A stretch of DNA of 64,000 nt from assembly GCA_963719505.1 (NCBI GenBank), contig CAVRCF010000005.1, positions 480,001 through 544,000 of the forward strand, read 5' to 3'. The DNA comes from Halobacteriovoraceae bacterium (GTDB taxonomy: Bacteria; Bdellovibrionota; Bacteriovoracia; Bacteriovoracales; Bacteriovoracaceae). Position 1 is the stretch's first letter, and the number at the start of each line of letters is the position of its first letter. Positions 1-10,066 of the stretch are shown one piece after another. The notes beneath the pieces were generated by a model. The model did not search any database. It saw nothing but the letters and a program-made list of their open reading frames with translations, and was not told where the DNA came from. The position numbers were made by a program, and so were the translations under genes.

Positions 1-398
1 GAAAACTTATTATCCGGCCAGTGGACCATATAAACATCGATGTAATCAGTTTGAAGTCTTTGTAGACTCTCGTGGAGTTGTTCAAGACATTTTTCTGGAT
101 CGTTCGTCATATCAACTCGTCCATTTTTATGCCAATTAACTCCACACTTGGAAACAATCATCGCCTCATGCCTTCTGTCTCTTAGAGCAATTCCCAGTCG
201 CCTTTCCGCCTCACCAAAACCATAGATAGGAGCATTATCAAACAGATTGATTCCCCTATCTAGGGCAGAATGAACTAATGAATTAGCTTCGTTATCACTG
301 ATTAATCCAAAGCCATACCCTCCACCACTGCCGGATAGACCAGCACAGCCAAAGCCTACTTTTGAAATTTTATGGTCTTTAAAGTTTGAAAATTGCAT
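1..398 (-). CDS. Aldo/keto reductase (3' end runs off the window)
   Basis: Not in the ORF track. Manual translation from ATG 398: MQFSNFKDHKISKVGFGCAGLSG...GINLFDNAPIYGFGEAERRLG...SKCG...SLQRLQTDYIDVYMVHWPD, which contains the AKR D-x4-Y, K and HWPD motifs. Confidence 0.9.
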   Translation of the reverse strand, partial: MQFSNFKDHKISKVGFGCAGLSGSGGGYGFGLISDNEANSLVHSALDRGINLFDNAPIYGFGEAERRLGIALRDRRHEAMIVSKCGVNWHKNGRVDMTNDPEKCLEQLHESLQRLQTDYIDVYMVHWPDNKF

Positions 399-435
399 GG
401 CCAATTCATAGCATTAATGAGAAAAACTGCAAAGT

Positions 436-1437
436 ATGAAATTAATCCATCTGGCCCATCGCGGTGAAGCTCAGCAATTCTTAAAAGACCTTGACGTCAA
501 TGCAGATAAAAGCATGGAAGGGCTATACGTGGGAAAAAACGAAATCGTGCTCATCACAGGGGAAGGTGTAGAAAATACGCTGTCAAAACTCTCTTTTTGC
601 CTCGGAAGGTTTTCCATTGACCAAGTCTTAAATTTTGGAATTGCAGGGTCTCTCAATCAACAGCTTGAAATAGATAAGATTTACAATATAAGAACAAGCT
701 ATGGCTTCACGGAAAAAGTAGAGTTTAAAAGCTTTCAAGCTGACACTCATGGCCTCGACTGCATAACAACATCGAAACGTGTTTTAAAGAATGCCTTTGC
801 AAGTGAACTTTCAAACTTTGCCTCTATAGTCGATCGTGAGCTTTGGGCCGTGGGATTTGCTTGTAAAGCCCATAATATTCCTTTTTTTTCTTATAAGCTC
901 ATCTCTGACTTAGCCGGTGAGACAACCAACTGCTTTGATATAAAAGAGAAAGCTTTAGAGTATTCCCTAGCACTTTCAGACTTCTACAAAAATCTAAGCA
1001 TTAGTTCCCAAGAAGAAAAAAGATATCATCTCCCTTTAAAACTAAGTTTCACTCATAAAAACCTTCTGGATAAAAAAATAAGCCTGGCTTCAAAGAAATA
1101 TGATCAAAGCTTTGAAGAGGTTTTTGAAAAAATTAAAGTTGAAGAGGTTCTATCTGTTGACCAACGAGACAAAGAAAAGGTCTCTGAGATACTCTCGCGT
1201 CTTGAGGAATATATAAACCCTATCAACCATAAAGCCTTGGGTCTTTTAAAAAAAGAAGTTAAAGTTTTTGAAGATATTGGGGCGAGGATCGGTCTCGACC
1301 CCAAACTTGAAAGCGAAGACTTTACCATTCAAATAAAAATCAATTCTCAGACCAATATTGATAATTTAAAAAGAGCTTGCGAGCAGTTTAGTTTTTCAAA
1401 GTATAAAAAAGTCTGGAATGGAGAATTTGATGTTTGA
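436..1437 (+). CDS. Nucleoside phosphorylase / MTA-SAH nucleosidase-fold protein with C-terminal extension
   Basis: ITGEG, NFGIAGSL, VDRE and KLISD match the PNP_UDP_1 fold; followed by a ~140-aa helical tail. Confidence 0.7.
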   Translation: MKLIHLAHRGEAQQFLKDLDVNADKSMEGLYVGKNEIVLITGEGVENTLSKLSFCLGRFSIDQVLNFGIAGSLNQQLEIDKIYNIRTSYGFTEKVEFKSFQADTHGLDCITTSKRVLKNAFASELSNFASIVDRELWAVGFACKAHNIPFFSYKLISDLAGETTNCFDIKEKALEYSLALSDFYKNLSISSQEEKRYHLPLKLSFTHKNLLDKKISLASKKYDQSFEEVFEKIKVEEVLSVDQRDKEKVSEILSRLEEYINPINHKALGLLKKEVKVFEDIGARIGLDPKLESEDFTIQIKINSQTNIDNLKRACEQFSFSKYKKVWNGEFDV

Positions 1438-2428
1438 GAAAATCTTTATTGAAAGCCATCTCATGGACAATGAGATAACAAAAAGAATTCTTTTAAATTT
1501 CCCAAAAGTACCTGTAAAAAAACTGGATAAAATTGAAGACGTCTGGGGAAGAGTAAAAAAGCCCTATCTTCAAAAAAGACAAAGTCTGAATCTCTTTATT
1601 GGAGAAAAAAAAGGGGAACTCGTCAAAGAGACTCCCGATGCTTATGGAATAGGATCTGAAAAACATTTCTATTTTATTCACGCCTATAATTGTATTTATG
1701 AATGCCAGTACTGCTACCTTCAAGGATATTTTAACACACCCGATATTGTTCTTTTTGTTAATCACGATGAGATCATCTCTCAGATGCAAAAGGTCGTTGA
1801 TAAAGATCCCGATTCTTGGTTTCATGCCGGAGAATTTTCAGATTCCTTGGCCTTGTCACATCTAACTTTAGAGTGGGATCAGTACTGGGAGTTTTTTGCT
1901 AGAAATAAACAAGCCAAGCTTGAACTTAGAACAAAAGCTGTCAATCTTAAGTCGATCATAGATCTTAAGCCCCTTGAAAATATCTTCATCTCCTTCACTT
2001 TAGCAGGGTTTAAAGAGGGAAAACTTTTTGATTTAAAGACACCCAGTGTAAAAGCCCGTCTAAAGGCCATAGAAAAACTAGCCACAAAAGGTTTTAAGAT
2101 TGGGTTGCACTTTGATCCCATCATCTACACAGATACGACGATGCAAAGCTATCAAGAGCTTCTCGATGAAATCGTCAAAATTATTCCAAGTGCTCAACTT
2201 GGATATATCTCCATTGGTGTTGTTAGATTCACAAAAGATGTTTACCGAGAGGTAGAAAAAAATTATGGCGATTCACAAATGCTTCATCAAAACTTTACCA
2301 AAAGTTTTGATGGCAAAGTCAGGTACACAAAACCCATGAGAATGTGGATACTAAATTCAGTTAGAGACCTTTGTCTTAAAGCTGGGATAGATAATGAAAA
2401 AATCTATCTGTGTATGGAAGAGGATTAG
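1418..2428 (+). CDS. Spore photoproduct lyase-family radical SAM protein (start may be ATG 1430)
   Basis: NCIYECQYCYLQG (CxxxCxxC), GEFSDSL, ELRTK, FDPII, C-terminal YLCME. Confidence 0.85.
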   Translation: MENLMFEKIFIESHLMDNEITKRILLNFPKVPVKKLDKIEDVWGRVKKPYLQKRQSLNLFIGEKKGELVKETPDAYGIGSEKHFYFIHAYNCIYECQYCYLQGYFNTPDIVLFVNHDEIISQMQKVVDKDPDSWFHAGEFSDSLALSHLTLEWDQYWEFFARNKQAKLELRTKAVNLKSIIDLKPLENIFISFTLAGFKEGKLFDLKTPSVKARLKAIEKLATKGFKIGLHFDPIIYTDTTMQSYQELLDEIVKIIPSAQLGYISIGVVRFTKDVYREVEKNYGDSQMLHQNFTKSFDGKVRYTKPMRMWILNSVRDLCLKAGIDNEKIYLCMEED

Positions 2429-3081
2429 ATTTTTCTTAAAGGTAAGTTTTCTTCAATCCACTGTTTATAAGGGGGAATGTAAACTGCAAATGCCTTTTTC
2501 CCTTCTTTTGTAGAATGAATCCCAACTAATTTATTTTGGTAGTACAATGGACCACCAGAGTCACCGACAACACTTTTTTTATCATTGAGTTCAAGATAGT
2601 TGTCTTGAATATTTAAAATATTTGGATTCGTCCAAGTTCTTTTATTTTTACCCGATCTTGAACCAAAGCCCAAGCGATCAACGTTTGCACCGATAAGATT
2701 CATTGCTGCGGCCACAGGCGCTGGCTTGATTGAGCGAGGAACATTTTTATCTAGAATAATAAGCGCGATATCATCTTTGAAATTTGAATTTTCCTTATTA
2801 TAACCTTTGTGAATGATAACTTTTTTAAAAGCAATTCTTATATTGTCTTGAGAGTACTCATGACCAAGATGCACATAGCCTTTATCTATTCCAAAAACAG
2901 AGTGTGCAGCAGTTAAGATCACGTTTCTTCTTATAAGAACCGCAGAAGAGGTAAAAACATTTTTATCCCTAAACACTTCGATAAGAAGCGACGAGTTAAA
3001 GTCATTCCAGTTTATAACTGAACTTCTTTGTCCGTGGTCTAAATTTATGTCATCAATCATATCAATCATTGATACCTCCAC
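2425..3081 (-). CDS. Trypsin-like (S1) serine protease
   Basis: Catalytic triad motifs LTAAH, DDIAL and GDSGGP. Confidence 0.9.
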   Translation of the reverse strand: MEVSMIDMIDDINLDHGQRSSVINWNDFNSSLLIEVFRDKNVFTSSAVLIRRNVILTAAHSVFGIDKGYVHLGHEYSQDNIRIAFKKVIIHKGYNKENSNFKDDIALIILDKNVPRSIKPAPVAAAMNLIGANVDRLGFGSRSGKNKRTWTNPNILNIQDNYLELNDKKSVVGDSGGPLYYQNKLVGIHSTKEGKKAFAVYIPPYKQWIEENLPLRKI

Positions 3082-3159
3082 CCTTATTATTTCAAATTTG
3101 AAGCCGAAAATCTAAATATTAATGGTTTTTTACAAAGTTGTTCGATATATTAAGCACTT

Positions 3160-3663
3160 ATGCTTGAAAATAACCCCGAATCCATTAAAAATTGCAAGAA
3201 CAGGCTCGCCAATGAAGGGTTCTTTAAAGACAGGTTGACACTAAGCAGTGCCACTTCTAGTGCCGTTATGGCAAAAGACTTCAATAAAGTTGATCAAATA
3301 TTTAAAGAGCAGACATCTCCAGATGGATACCTTTTTAAGTATCTCAAACAATTTAGAGAATTTTCTGAAATTGAATTTATCATTAGTCTAAGAGATGCAA
3401 AAAATGAGTGGGAAGAAGATGGTATTTGGCATGACGATGGGTCTCGTATCATGGCCTTCTCCCTGTCCCTAACCTATGACGCTCATTGTATTGTTGGCGG
3501 AGATCTTCATATAAGACCCAAAGGCTCAACAGATGCATCAATTATAAAACCATTTGAGTTTGGTGAAATAGTTGTCTTTCTCACAGGTACTTCAGGATTT
3601 GAACACAAAATCCATGAAGTCAAAAAAGGAGAAAGACTTATTATTGCAGGTTGGTGCTCTTAA
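3160..3663 (+). CDS. 2OG-Fe(II) oxygenase
   Basis: WHDD (HxD), GGDL and HKIHEV...R facial-triad pattern. Confidence 0.8.
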   Translation: MLENNPESIKNCKNRLANEGFFKDRLTLSSATSSAVMAKDFNKVDQIFKEQTSPDGYLFKYLKQFREFSEIEFIISLRDAKNEWEEDGIWHDDGSRIMAFSLSLTYDAHCIVGGDLHIRPKGSTDASIIKPFEFGEIVVFLTGTSGFEHKIHEVKKGERLIIAGWCS

Positions 3664-4112
3664 GCTCCAACAATGTCACGGGCCTGTTCAATAAAAGCTG
3701 GATTTGTAAGACCATTATTCATCGCAACTTCAACTGCCGCATCAAAATCCATATTCTTCTTACCTACAAGATGAGTAATTAACCAACCGCCAATTCGATT
3801 TGCAGAACCACAGTGGATAAGAAAAAGATCATTTTCATTAATGGAGTTTGAAAGCTTTTCACACGATTCTTTTGAAAGAGCCCCATCAACAACAAGGGGA
3901 AATTGAGTATACTCCATTCCAAGAGATTTACATTTTTCCATCTCTTCAGAAAAATCCATCTCAGACTCTCCTCTCATATTAAAAATTTTCTTAACACCCA
4001 TCTCTTTAAACTGAATGAAACTCTCTGTACTTGGTTGACCCGCACAAAGAAGATTATCAACTTTAAAAAGCTGCATAACACCTGGGATTGTTGTAATTCT
4101 ACTTGTTTCCAT
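3660..4112 (-). CDS. DUF442 / protein-tyrosine-phosphatase-fold sulfur transferase
   Basis: AGQP, NMR and HCGSANR (CX5R) motifs. Confidence 0.75.
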   Translation of the reverse strand: METSRITTIPGVMQLFKVDNLLCAGQPSTESFIQFKEMGVKKIFNMRGESEMDFSEEMEKCKSLGMEYTQFPLVVDGALSKESCEKLSNSINENDLFLIHCGSANRIGGWLITHLVGKKNMDFDAAVEVAMNNGLTNPAFIEQARDIVGA

Positions 4113-4121
4113 TTCTATTCC

Positions 4122-6095
4122 TTATAAAGAGATAAACGATTCAACGATTGCACTCACACTTAAGTTATTTTTGTCATATAACTCATCGGCTTTGTAAGCG
4201 GATTGACCAAAGTTTCCGTCAATACCGAGAGTCTTAACTTTAAACTCAGCTTTTGCATTTTTTAAAGAAGCCACTAGGTTCGCTCCCATTCCACCAAAAA
4301 CCTGATGATCTTCAATGGTGATAAGTTTCCCCATATTACTCTCTAATGTCTTTTTAATATTAGCGATATCAAAATCATTGGTTGAACTGATATTAAGCAC
4401 AGTTAATTCCTTGCCTCTTTTAGACAACTCTTCTTTTGCCTGCATCGCTTTTTTTATCATCGGTCCACAAGCGGCGATAACTCCATCAGACCCATTTGTT
4501 AAAATTTGTGAATGCCCAAGTTTAAAATCAGTATTATCGTAATTACTTGGATAATTTTCACGTCCTACAAAGAAGATATAAGAATCAGCTTGAGTATTTT
4601 CTTTTTTAGCTTTTTCTATGTTTTTAATCGCCTCTCCCATGAGGGCCTCAGCTTCTTCTGAACAAGAAACAACAATAGTTTTTGTATGAGGAATTGAACC
4701 CATCGCACTCAAATAAGTTGTTGATTGATGACTCGCTCCATCTGCGGCGTCTTGAAAGCCCGTGTGAGAATAAACAGCAATCATTGGACAGTTTGAAAGT
4801 GCGGCCATGACGTGAGGAAGATTCCCTTTGGTGATACCAAATGCAGCAAATGTATCGACTACAGGGATAAAGCCGGCCTTACTCAAGCCCGCTGCACAAC
4901 CAACCATATTTGATTCAGCGATACCGATATCGATTGCGTGAGTTGGATATTCTTTATGAAAAGCCGCAACACCAGTTGAGCCTTGAAGATCACTTGAAAC
5001 GGATAAGACTGGAAGTCCCATGCTGACCGCTTTAGACATCGCTCTAGCAAAACCGGCTTGAGCCTTCTCACTTACTTTTGCACTTTCGCCTTTAGCTTTT
5101 TCTTCAGGTTTAACGACAAGAGTATTGGCCCAAGTGATGAGCTCACTAGGAGTCTCACCTTCAAATATTTCATCTAAAAAGGGAATAATATCTTTAGAAT
5201 ATGGTTTTAAAGGAAAGCCGTGGCCTCCTGAAGCTGAGTCCATTGTAGATTTTACTCCATATCCTTTAACTGTCTTTAAGATGACACAAACCGGTCCCTC
5301 TTTTTTAGAAAGGTCAATCGCATGGTTAATGGAATCAAAACACGTTTGTAAATCATTTCCGTTTTCTACATTTATAACATTCCAACCAAGTGCATCCATC
5401 GCTTTAAAACTTGGGTCCATCGAAAATGAATCATCTGAGATCCTACCAGAGAGTTTTGTATTATTATCTGAGACGATTAAAACGTAAGGAGCAAGTTTTC
5501 CAGCTTTATGAAGTCCAGGTATTGCAGCAAAGGCTTCTTTGGCTTCACCTTCCATACAGGCACCATCACTTATAGAACAGATTGTTACCTTTTTTCCCTC
5601 TTTTAACTTCTCACCCACTGCAAGACCTTGAGACTGAGCAACTGAGGATCCAAGTGGACCGTTTGAAAGAAGCACACCCTCTGGATACAAATGACTCTCT
5701 CCGTGTCCCGTTAATTTAGATTTAATACTTCTGAAATCTTTTAGGGCGTCAAAATTTAAGTCCCCAAACCCGAGGTTTGTTCTTAAAGCATAAATTCCAT
5801 TTTCAGCGTGACCGATATCATTGACAAAATTATAGTGGTTAAACCAATCCTCATGTTTGAACATGATGGCGTGAAGTGCACTCATAGACTCTGCCATTGC
5901 CGCTGGACCACCCCAGTGACATGCAGCTCCGCCATTCACTGCACCAAGATTCATAACGGCCAGAAGACCTCTTGTGGCCTTAGGACATCCAACTATAAGC
6001 TGTGATCCATCAGTATCTTTAATCGTTGTAGGATAAATAGGCTTCGTTTTAGGTGCAGTGTGTAAAGAGTTTTTTGTATCAATAGCATTAATCAT
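4122..6095 (-). CDS. tkt: Transketolase (single chain; ORF open from 6131)
   Basis: DIGH, LTGH, GPLG, SDGACMEG...DNN ThDP motif, IGIAESNM, DGASHQ and TIEDH. Confidence 0.85.
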   Translation of the reverse strand: MINAIDTKNSLHTAPKTKPIYPTTIKDTDGSQLIVGCPKATRGLLAVMNLGAVNGGAACHWGGPAAMAESMSALHAIMFKHEDWFNHYNFVNDIGHAENGIYALRTNLGFGDLNFDALKDFRSIKSKLTGHGESHLYPEGVLLSNGPLGSSVAQSQGLAVGEKLKEGKKVTICSISDGACMEGEAKEAFAAIPGLHKAGKLAPYVLIVSDNNTKLSGRISDDSFSMDPSFKAMDALGWNVINVENGNDLQTCFDSINHAIDLSKKEGPVCVILKTVKGYGVKSTMDSASGGHGFPLKPYSKDIIPFLDEIFEGETPSELITWANTLVVKPEEKAKGESAKVSEKAQAGFARAMSKAVSMGLPVLSVSSDLQGSTGVAAFHKEYPTHAIDIGIAESNMVGCAAGLSKAGFIPVVDTFAAFGITKGNLPHVMAALSNCPMIAVYSHTGFQDAADGASHQSTTYLSAMGSIPHTKTIVVSCSEEAEALMGEAIKNIEKAKKENTQADSYIFFVGRENYPSNYDNTDFKLGHSQILTNGSDGVIAACGPMIKKAMQAKEELSKRGKELTVLNISSTNDFDIANIKKTLESNMGKLITIEDHQVFGGMGANLVASLKNAKAEFKVKTLGIDGNFGQSAYKADELYDKNNLSVSAIVESFISL

Positions 6096-6262
6096 GGTTT
6101 GAATCCTTTTGGTTTTAAAATAATTTGCCACATAAGTTCAATATATTAAACATTTTTTTCCTGGAATCCCCTATTATTGACTTGCATTATCACATCAACT
6201 TAAGTAAATTTTGGAACTCGATTAATACATAAACGATAAAAGATACATAAAAGGATATTATT

Positions 6263-6496
6263 ATGGCACGTACATGTGATTTGACTGGTAAGAGAAGACT
6301 TGTTGCAAACAAAGTTTCTCACTCAAACGTAAAAACTAAGACTCTAAAGCAAGTAAATTTACATACTAAAAGAGTATTTGACCCAGAAACTGGTAAAACA
6401 GTTAAGTTAAGACTTTCAGCTAGTGCGATCAGAACTTTAGACAAAGTTGGTTCACTTTCTAAATTTTTAAGAAAATACGCTAACAAATACGTTTAA
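6263..6496 (+). CDS. rpmB: 50S ribosomal protein L28
   Basis: MARTCDLTGK...NKVSHS...IRTLDK with an upstream AAGGA RBS. Confidence 0.97.
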   Translation: MARTCDLTGKRRLVANKVSHSNVKTKTLKQVNLHTKRVFDPETGKTVKLRLSASAIRTLDKVGSLSKFLRKYANKYV

Positions 6497-6528
6497 GACT
6501 GATTTTTAATTATTCTAAAACGATAGTG

Positions 6529-6563
6529 AAAAAAAAGGACTCTTATTTTGAGTCCTTTTTTTT
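6529..6563 (+). terminator. Intrinsic (bidirectional-looking) terminator after rpmB
   Basis: A8-GGACTC-ttatttt-GAGTCC-T8. Confidence 0.9.
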
Positions 6564-6584
6564 GGTCTAATTACTGAGAAAGCC

Positions 6585-7424
6585 ATGAAAAAATATATTA
6601 ATAAGTTCAAAACCGATACCTCCTATTTTTTAATGAACACAACAGCTCCTATTCCTTTATTTGGAAAAAATCGTGAACTCGCAAAGCTTGCACAGCTGAA
6701 ATTTAATGAGATTACAACAGGACATAGTGAACAGGTCGTTCGGGGCAAGAAATTTATCATTCACGAATTTGGAGAAGGTGATAAAAAAGCACTCGTTTGT
6801 CATGGGTGGATGTCTTCATCTGTGCATATGGTAAAACAGATTCACAACCTCGTTGATTCGGGCTTTAAGGTTTATGCCATAGACTTTCCTGGTCACGGGC
6901 AATCAAAGGGCTTTAAATGCTCTTGGAAAGATGCAGTAGAGGCGATTTTAATAGCTCAAAGACTAAAAGGTAAATTTGATCTCGTGCTCGGACATTCGTT
7001 TGGTGGGGGAATGCTTGTAAATGCATCCGCTCTTAGTCACCTCACCAAGGAATTCAAAGATTTTCTAGAGGCTAAACAATATGTGCTTTTAGCTTCAGCT
7101 CTAAGCGTGAACGTCCCTGTCAGAATTTTTTCTAGGCTAACAGGCTTAAGAAAGAGCGCTCAAGCAAAACTTGAAGAGAAAATTGTTATCGATGCGAATA
7201 TTGATCTTGAGAAAATGTCGGCAAGATACCTTCAAACGAACTTTCCTACGGATTCAAAATTTCTGCTTATCCACGGGACAAAAGATAAAGTTGTCAAAGT
7301 CGAAGAGTCGCGAGATTTTGCAAAACTAGGAGAGAATGTTCAACTAATTGAGTTGGACGATATTGGTCATTTGAATATTATTTATAGTGATAAAATCATC
7401 GATCTTATCAATGAAAGCATTTAG
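6585..7424 (+). CDS. Alpha/beta hydrolase
   Basis: HGW, DFPGHG, GHSFGG nucleophile elbow, HGTKD and GH. Confidence 0.9.
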   Translation: MKKYINKFKTDTSYFLMNTTAPIPLFGKNRELAKLAQLKFNEITTGHSEQVVRGKKFIIHEFGEGDKKALVCHGWMSSSVHMVKQIHNLVDSGFKVYAIDFPGHGQSKGFKCSWKDAVEAILIAQRLKGKFDLVLGHSFGGGMLVNASALSHLTKEFKDFLEAKQYVLLASALSVNVPVRIFSRLTGLRKSAQAKLEEKIVIDANIDLEKMSARYLQTNFPTDSKFLLIHGTKDKVVKVEESRDFAKLGENVQLIELDDIGHLNIIYSDKIIDLINESI

Positions 7425-7447
7425 CCCGAGACTTTGATCCCGGGCTA
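7422..7447. terminator. Hairpin between convergent genes
   Basis: TAGCCCG...CGGGCTA inverted repeat. Confidence 0.55.
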
Positions 7448-7452
7448 GATTA

Positions 7453-9123
7453 CTATTTTACGTACTGTATTTCTTTTATTTTAAATCCCCAATTATTAAC
7501 TGAGGCATCAGAGGTGATTCCCACTGAAATAGTATCTCCATCTGCGTACTCAGAGATAAGATTTGTATGCTTACTTGTGATTTTATCCACAACACCACCG
7601 GTCTCATCTCTAAGAACAACAAAGTCATAATTGTTTTCCATATCTATTTTTTCAAAGACCACCCTGATGTACCTTGCGCCACTGATGGTAAAAGATTTAG
7701 AGGTATTTGAGTCAGCGCCATAGGGATGAATTGATTCATGAGTCTCACTCATACCAACCCATTCACTTGGGCTTGGCTCATAAGGTCTCTCTGCAACAAC
7801 CCCTGATAGGAAGTTATAAGCATCGACTCTTCCTTTAGAGATTGTCTTCTTTTTATAGGATTTACCATAGACAGATGAGCTCATAAGTTTCTCTCTAAGG
7901 GCCTTAACATCGGTTCTACCGTTTTCTGCGATATAGAGACCAATCACACCTGAGACGTGAGGAGTGGCCATACTGGTCCCACTGAATACATCATAGGAGT
8001 TGTTAGGAGTTGTACTTAGAATATTTCTTCCAGGAGCTGAAACGTGAACCGTTTTAGAGCCATAACAAGAAAAATAAGCAATCTCATCGTTATAGTTATG
8101 AGCCGCCACTGAAATGACATTATCCACGTCATAGTTTGAAGGGTAATGAGGTTGTGTGCTATTATCAGTTGCCGAATTTCCAGCCGCTGCCGTAAAGACA
8201 ATACCAGCATCTTTTGCTCTTTCAATGGCTTCTTTTAGAGCTTCAGAGCTTCCGCCTCCACCCCATGAGTTACTCATAATATCGACATTTATTTTTGTTG
8301 CATAATCAACGGCTTTAATAGCATCTGCAGTTGAGCCACTTCCTTCGTCTGTTAAAAATTTTACTCCAACAATTGAAGCCTCTGCCATCACTCCAGCAAT
8401 ACCGACACCATTATCGTGTTCAGCGGCGATGGTTCCGGCACAATGAGTTCCATGACCATTTCCATCCATGGGATCACCGTCATTATTGGCAAAGTCGTAG
8501 CCATGAATATCATCGACATATCCATTTCCATCATCATCAACGCCAGGTTTTCCGTTTTTCTCGGCCATATTTGTCCACATATTATTTTTTAAATCGGGAT
8601 GGTTGTAATCAACGCCTGTATCGATGACAGCTATTTTTACCGCTTTACTTCCTTTGGTAATTTTCCAAGCATTGATGGCATTGATATCACTTCCAGCAAG
8701 ACCAGTTGCACTTGAATTTCCACGACTACCTGCGGGTTCATTATTTCCTTTGTTCACCAATCCCCATAATTCTCCAAACTTTGGGTCTACAGTTTTATTC
8801 TCAGACTTGCCAATAGCTCTATAGAGATAGTTTGGTTCAGCATACTCAACTGCGGGATCAAGATTAATTCTTCTAAGAGTTTCGTTAAAAGCTTTATTAG
8901 TAGTTTTAAAAACAACGACATTCCCTATAGAGAGATTCATAAGCTCTTTTACTTTTAATCCAAATTTAGATTTTCTCGATAAAAAGCTTCGTGTCTTTTG
9001 ACCTTTGAGCTTCACAATAATTTCACCGGGAATTCTTTCAGCTTCAATAAATTTTTGTGCAGAAAGGGCCACAGGTGACAAGGCCATACTCAAAAGTAAA
9101 ATAGGTAACGATTTTTTCATCAA
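7453..9123 (-). CDS. Secreted S8 subtilisin-like protease with C-terminal CUB-like domain
   Basis: Signal peptide; IDTGVD, HGTHCAG and SGTSMATP; C-terminal ESIHPY...ENNYDFV...TSDASVNNWGF (CUB-like). Confidence 0.93.
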   Translation of the reverse strand: MMKKSLPILLLSMALSPVALSAQKFIEAERIPGEIIVKLKGQKTRSFLSRKSKFGLKVKELMNLSIGNVVVFKTTNKAFNETLRRINLDPAVEYAEPNYLYRAIGKSENKTVDPKFGELWGLVNKGNNEPAGSRGNSSATGLAGSDINAINAWKITKGSKAVKIAVIDTGVDYNHPDLKNNMWTNMAEKNGKPGVDDDGNGYVDDIHGYDFANNDGDPMDGNGHGTHCAGTIAAEHDNGVGIAGVMAEASIVGVKFLTDEGSGSTADAIKAVDYATKINVDIMSNSWGGGGSSEALKEAIERAKDAGIVFTAAAGNSATDNSTQPHYPSNYDVDNVISVAAHNYNDEIAYFSCYGSKTVHVSAPGRNILSTTPNNSYDVFSGTSMATPHVSGVIGLYIAENGRTDVKALREKLMSSSVYGKSYKKKTISKGRVDAYNFLSGVVAERPYEPSPSEWVGMSETHESIHPYGADSNTSKSFTISGARYIRVVFEKIDMENNYDFVVLRDETGGVVDKITSKHTNLISEYADGDTISVGITSDASVNNWGFKIKEIQYVK

Positions 9124-9277
9124 CTCTCCTAGAAAATATAATCAATAATTTATTTTAAGTTTTTTTTGGAAAAATTGAGTGTGGGGTAAAAAAGTTTAAC
9201 GCCAACAATCAAGAGCATTAGACTCCAGTAAATAAATACCACTAGATATTTGTCCAAAAATGTAAGATCATATACTT

Positions 9278-10066
9278 ATGAGTAATATTTTAAACAAAAG
9301 CAGTCACCCCGTTCATGTCAACCGTATTCCCATAAGGATTTGGAGACTACGGGATGAAATAGAGCTCGTCGTTCTCAAACGCATGCAAGACTGTGAAGCC
9401 CAAGGTCGGCAACTAGATATTGAAGACCTTCATAAGTTTTACGCTAAAAGTCCTGAAGCTACCCTCCAAGATGACGACGACGAAGATAACCTAGAATCAA
9501 ATGATCTCGATGAAGACTCCATAGAAATGGCCCGTGCATTAGATGAAGAGAATACAGAAGAAACAAAAGAAACTTCTGAGGAAGCTGAAGCGGCTAAACT
9601 AGCAGAGATGATGCTTTCCGATAAAAAAGAAGACTCAGATGAGCCTCAAACACAAAAGTCCCAGGTAAAGGAGCAGCTCATTGAAAGAACCGCTCCAGAG
9701 GCGGATAAAATCTCAACTGGCTTTGCATTTTTATCCGATATGGATATGTCAAAAATTCTTTGTTTTAGTAAAAAAGGATTCACACTAGGTCAGAACATCT
9801 GTATCGAGTTTCTTATTCCCAATAGTTTTATTATGACGGGAGAAGTTGTAGGATCAAACCATGTGGGAAGAAATTCAAAGATTATTTCTGAGATGAAACC
9901 TGAATTTAGAATTATGTCGGCCTTCTCATTCCATTTTGAAGGTGAAAGAGAAAGGCTTCGAAGTTTTCTTCAGTCCGTTGAGCCAGATATACCACCTCCA
10001 CCTAAAAAACTTAAAAAGTCAGCTGACGATGAGGAAGACGACGAATTTGAAGATCTTGGATTTTAA
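9278..10066 (+). CDS. Hypothetical protein with acidic linker and possible degenerate PilZ-like C-terminal beta domain
   Basis: Long ORF with D/E-rich tracts; C-terminal beta pattern ending RERLRSFL. Confidence 0.55.
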   Translation: MSNILNKSSHPVHVNRIPIRIWRLRDEIELVVLKRMQDCEAQGRQLDIEDLHKFYAKSPEATLQDDDDEDNLESNDLDEDSIEMARALDEENTEETKETSEEAEAAKLAEMMLSDKKEDSDEPQTQKSQVKEQLIERTAPEADKISTGFAFLSDMDMSKILCFSKKGFTLGQNICIEFLIPNSFIMTGEVVGSNHVGRNSKIISEMKPEFRIMSAFSFHFEGERERLRSFLQSVEPDIPPPPKKLKKSADDEEDDEFEDLGF

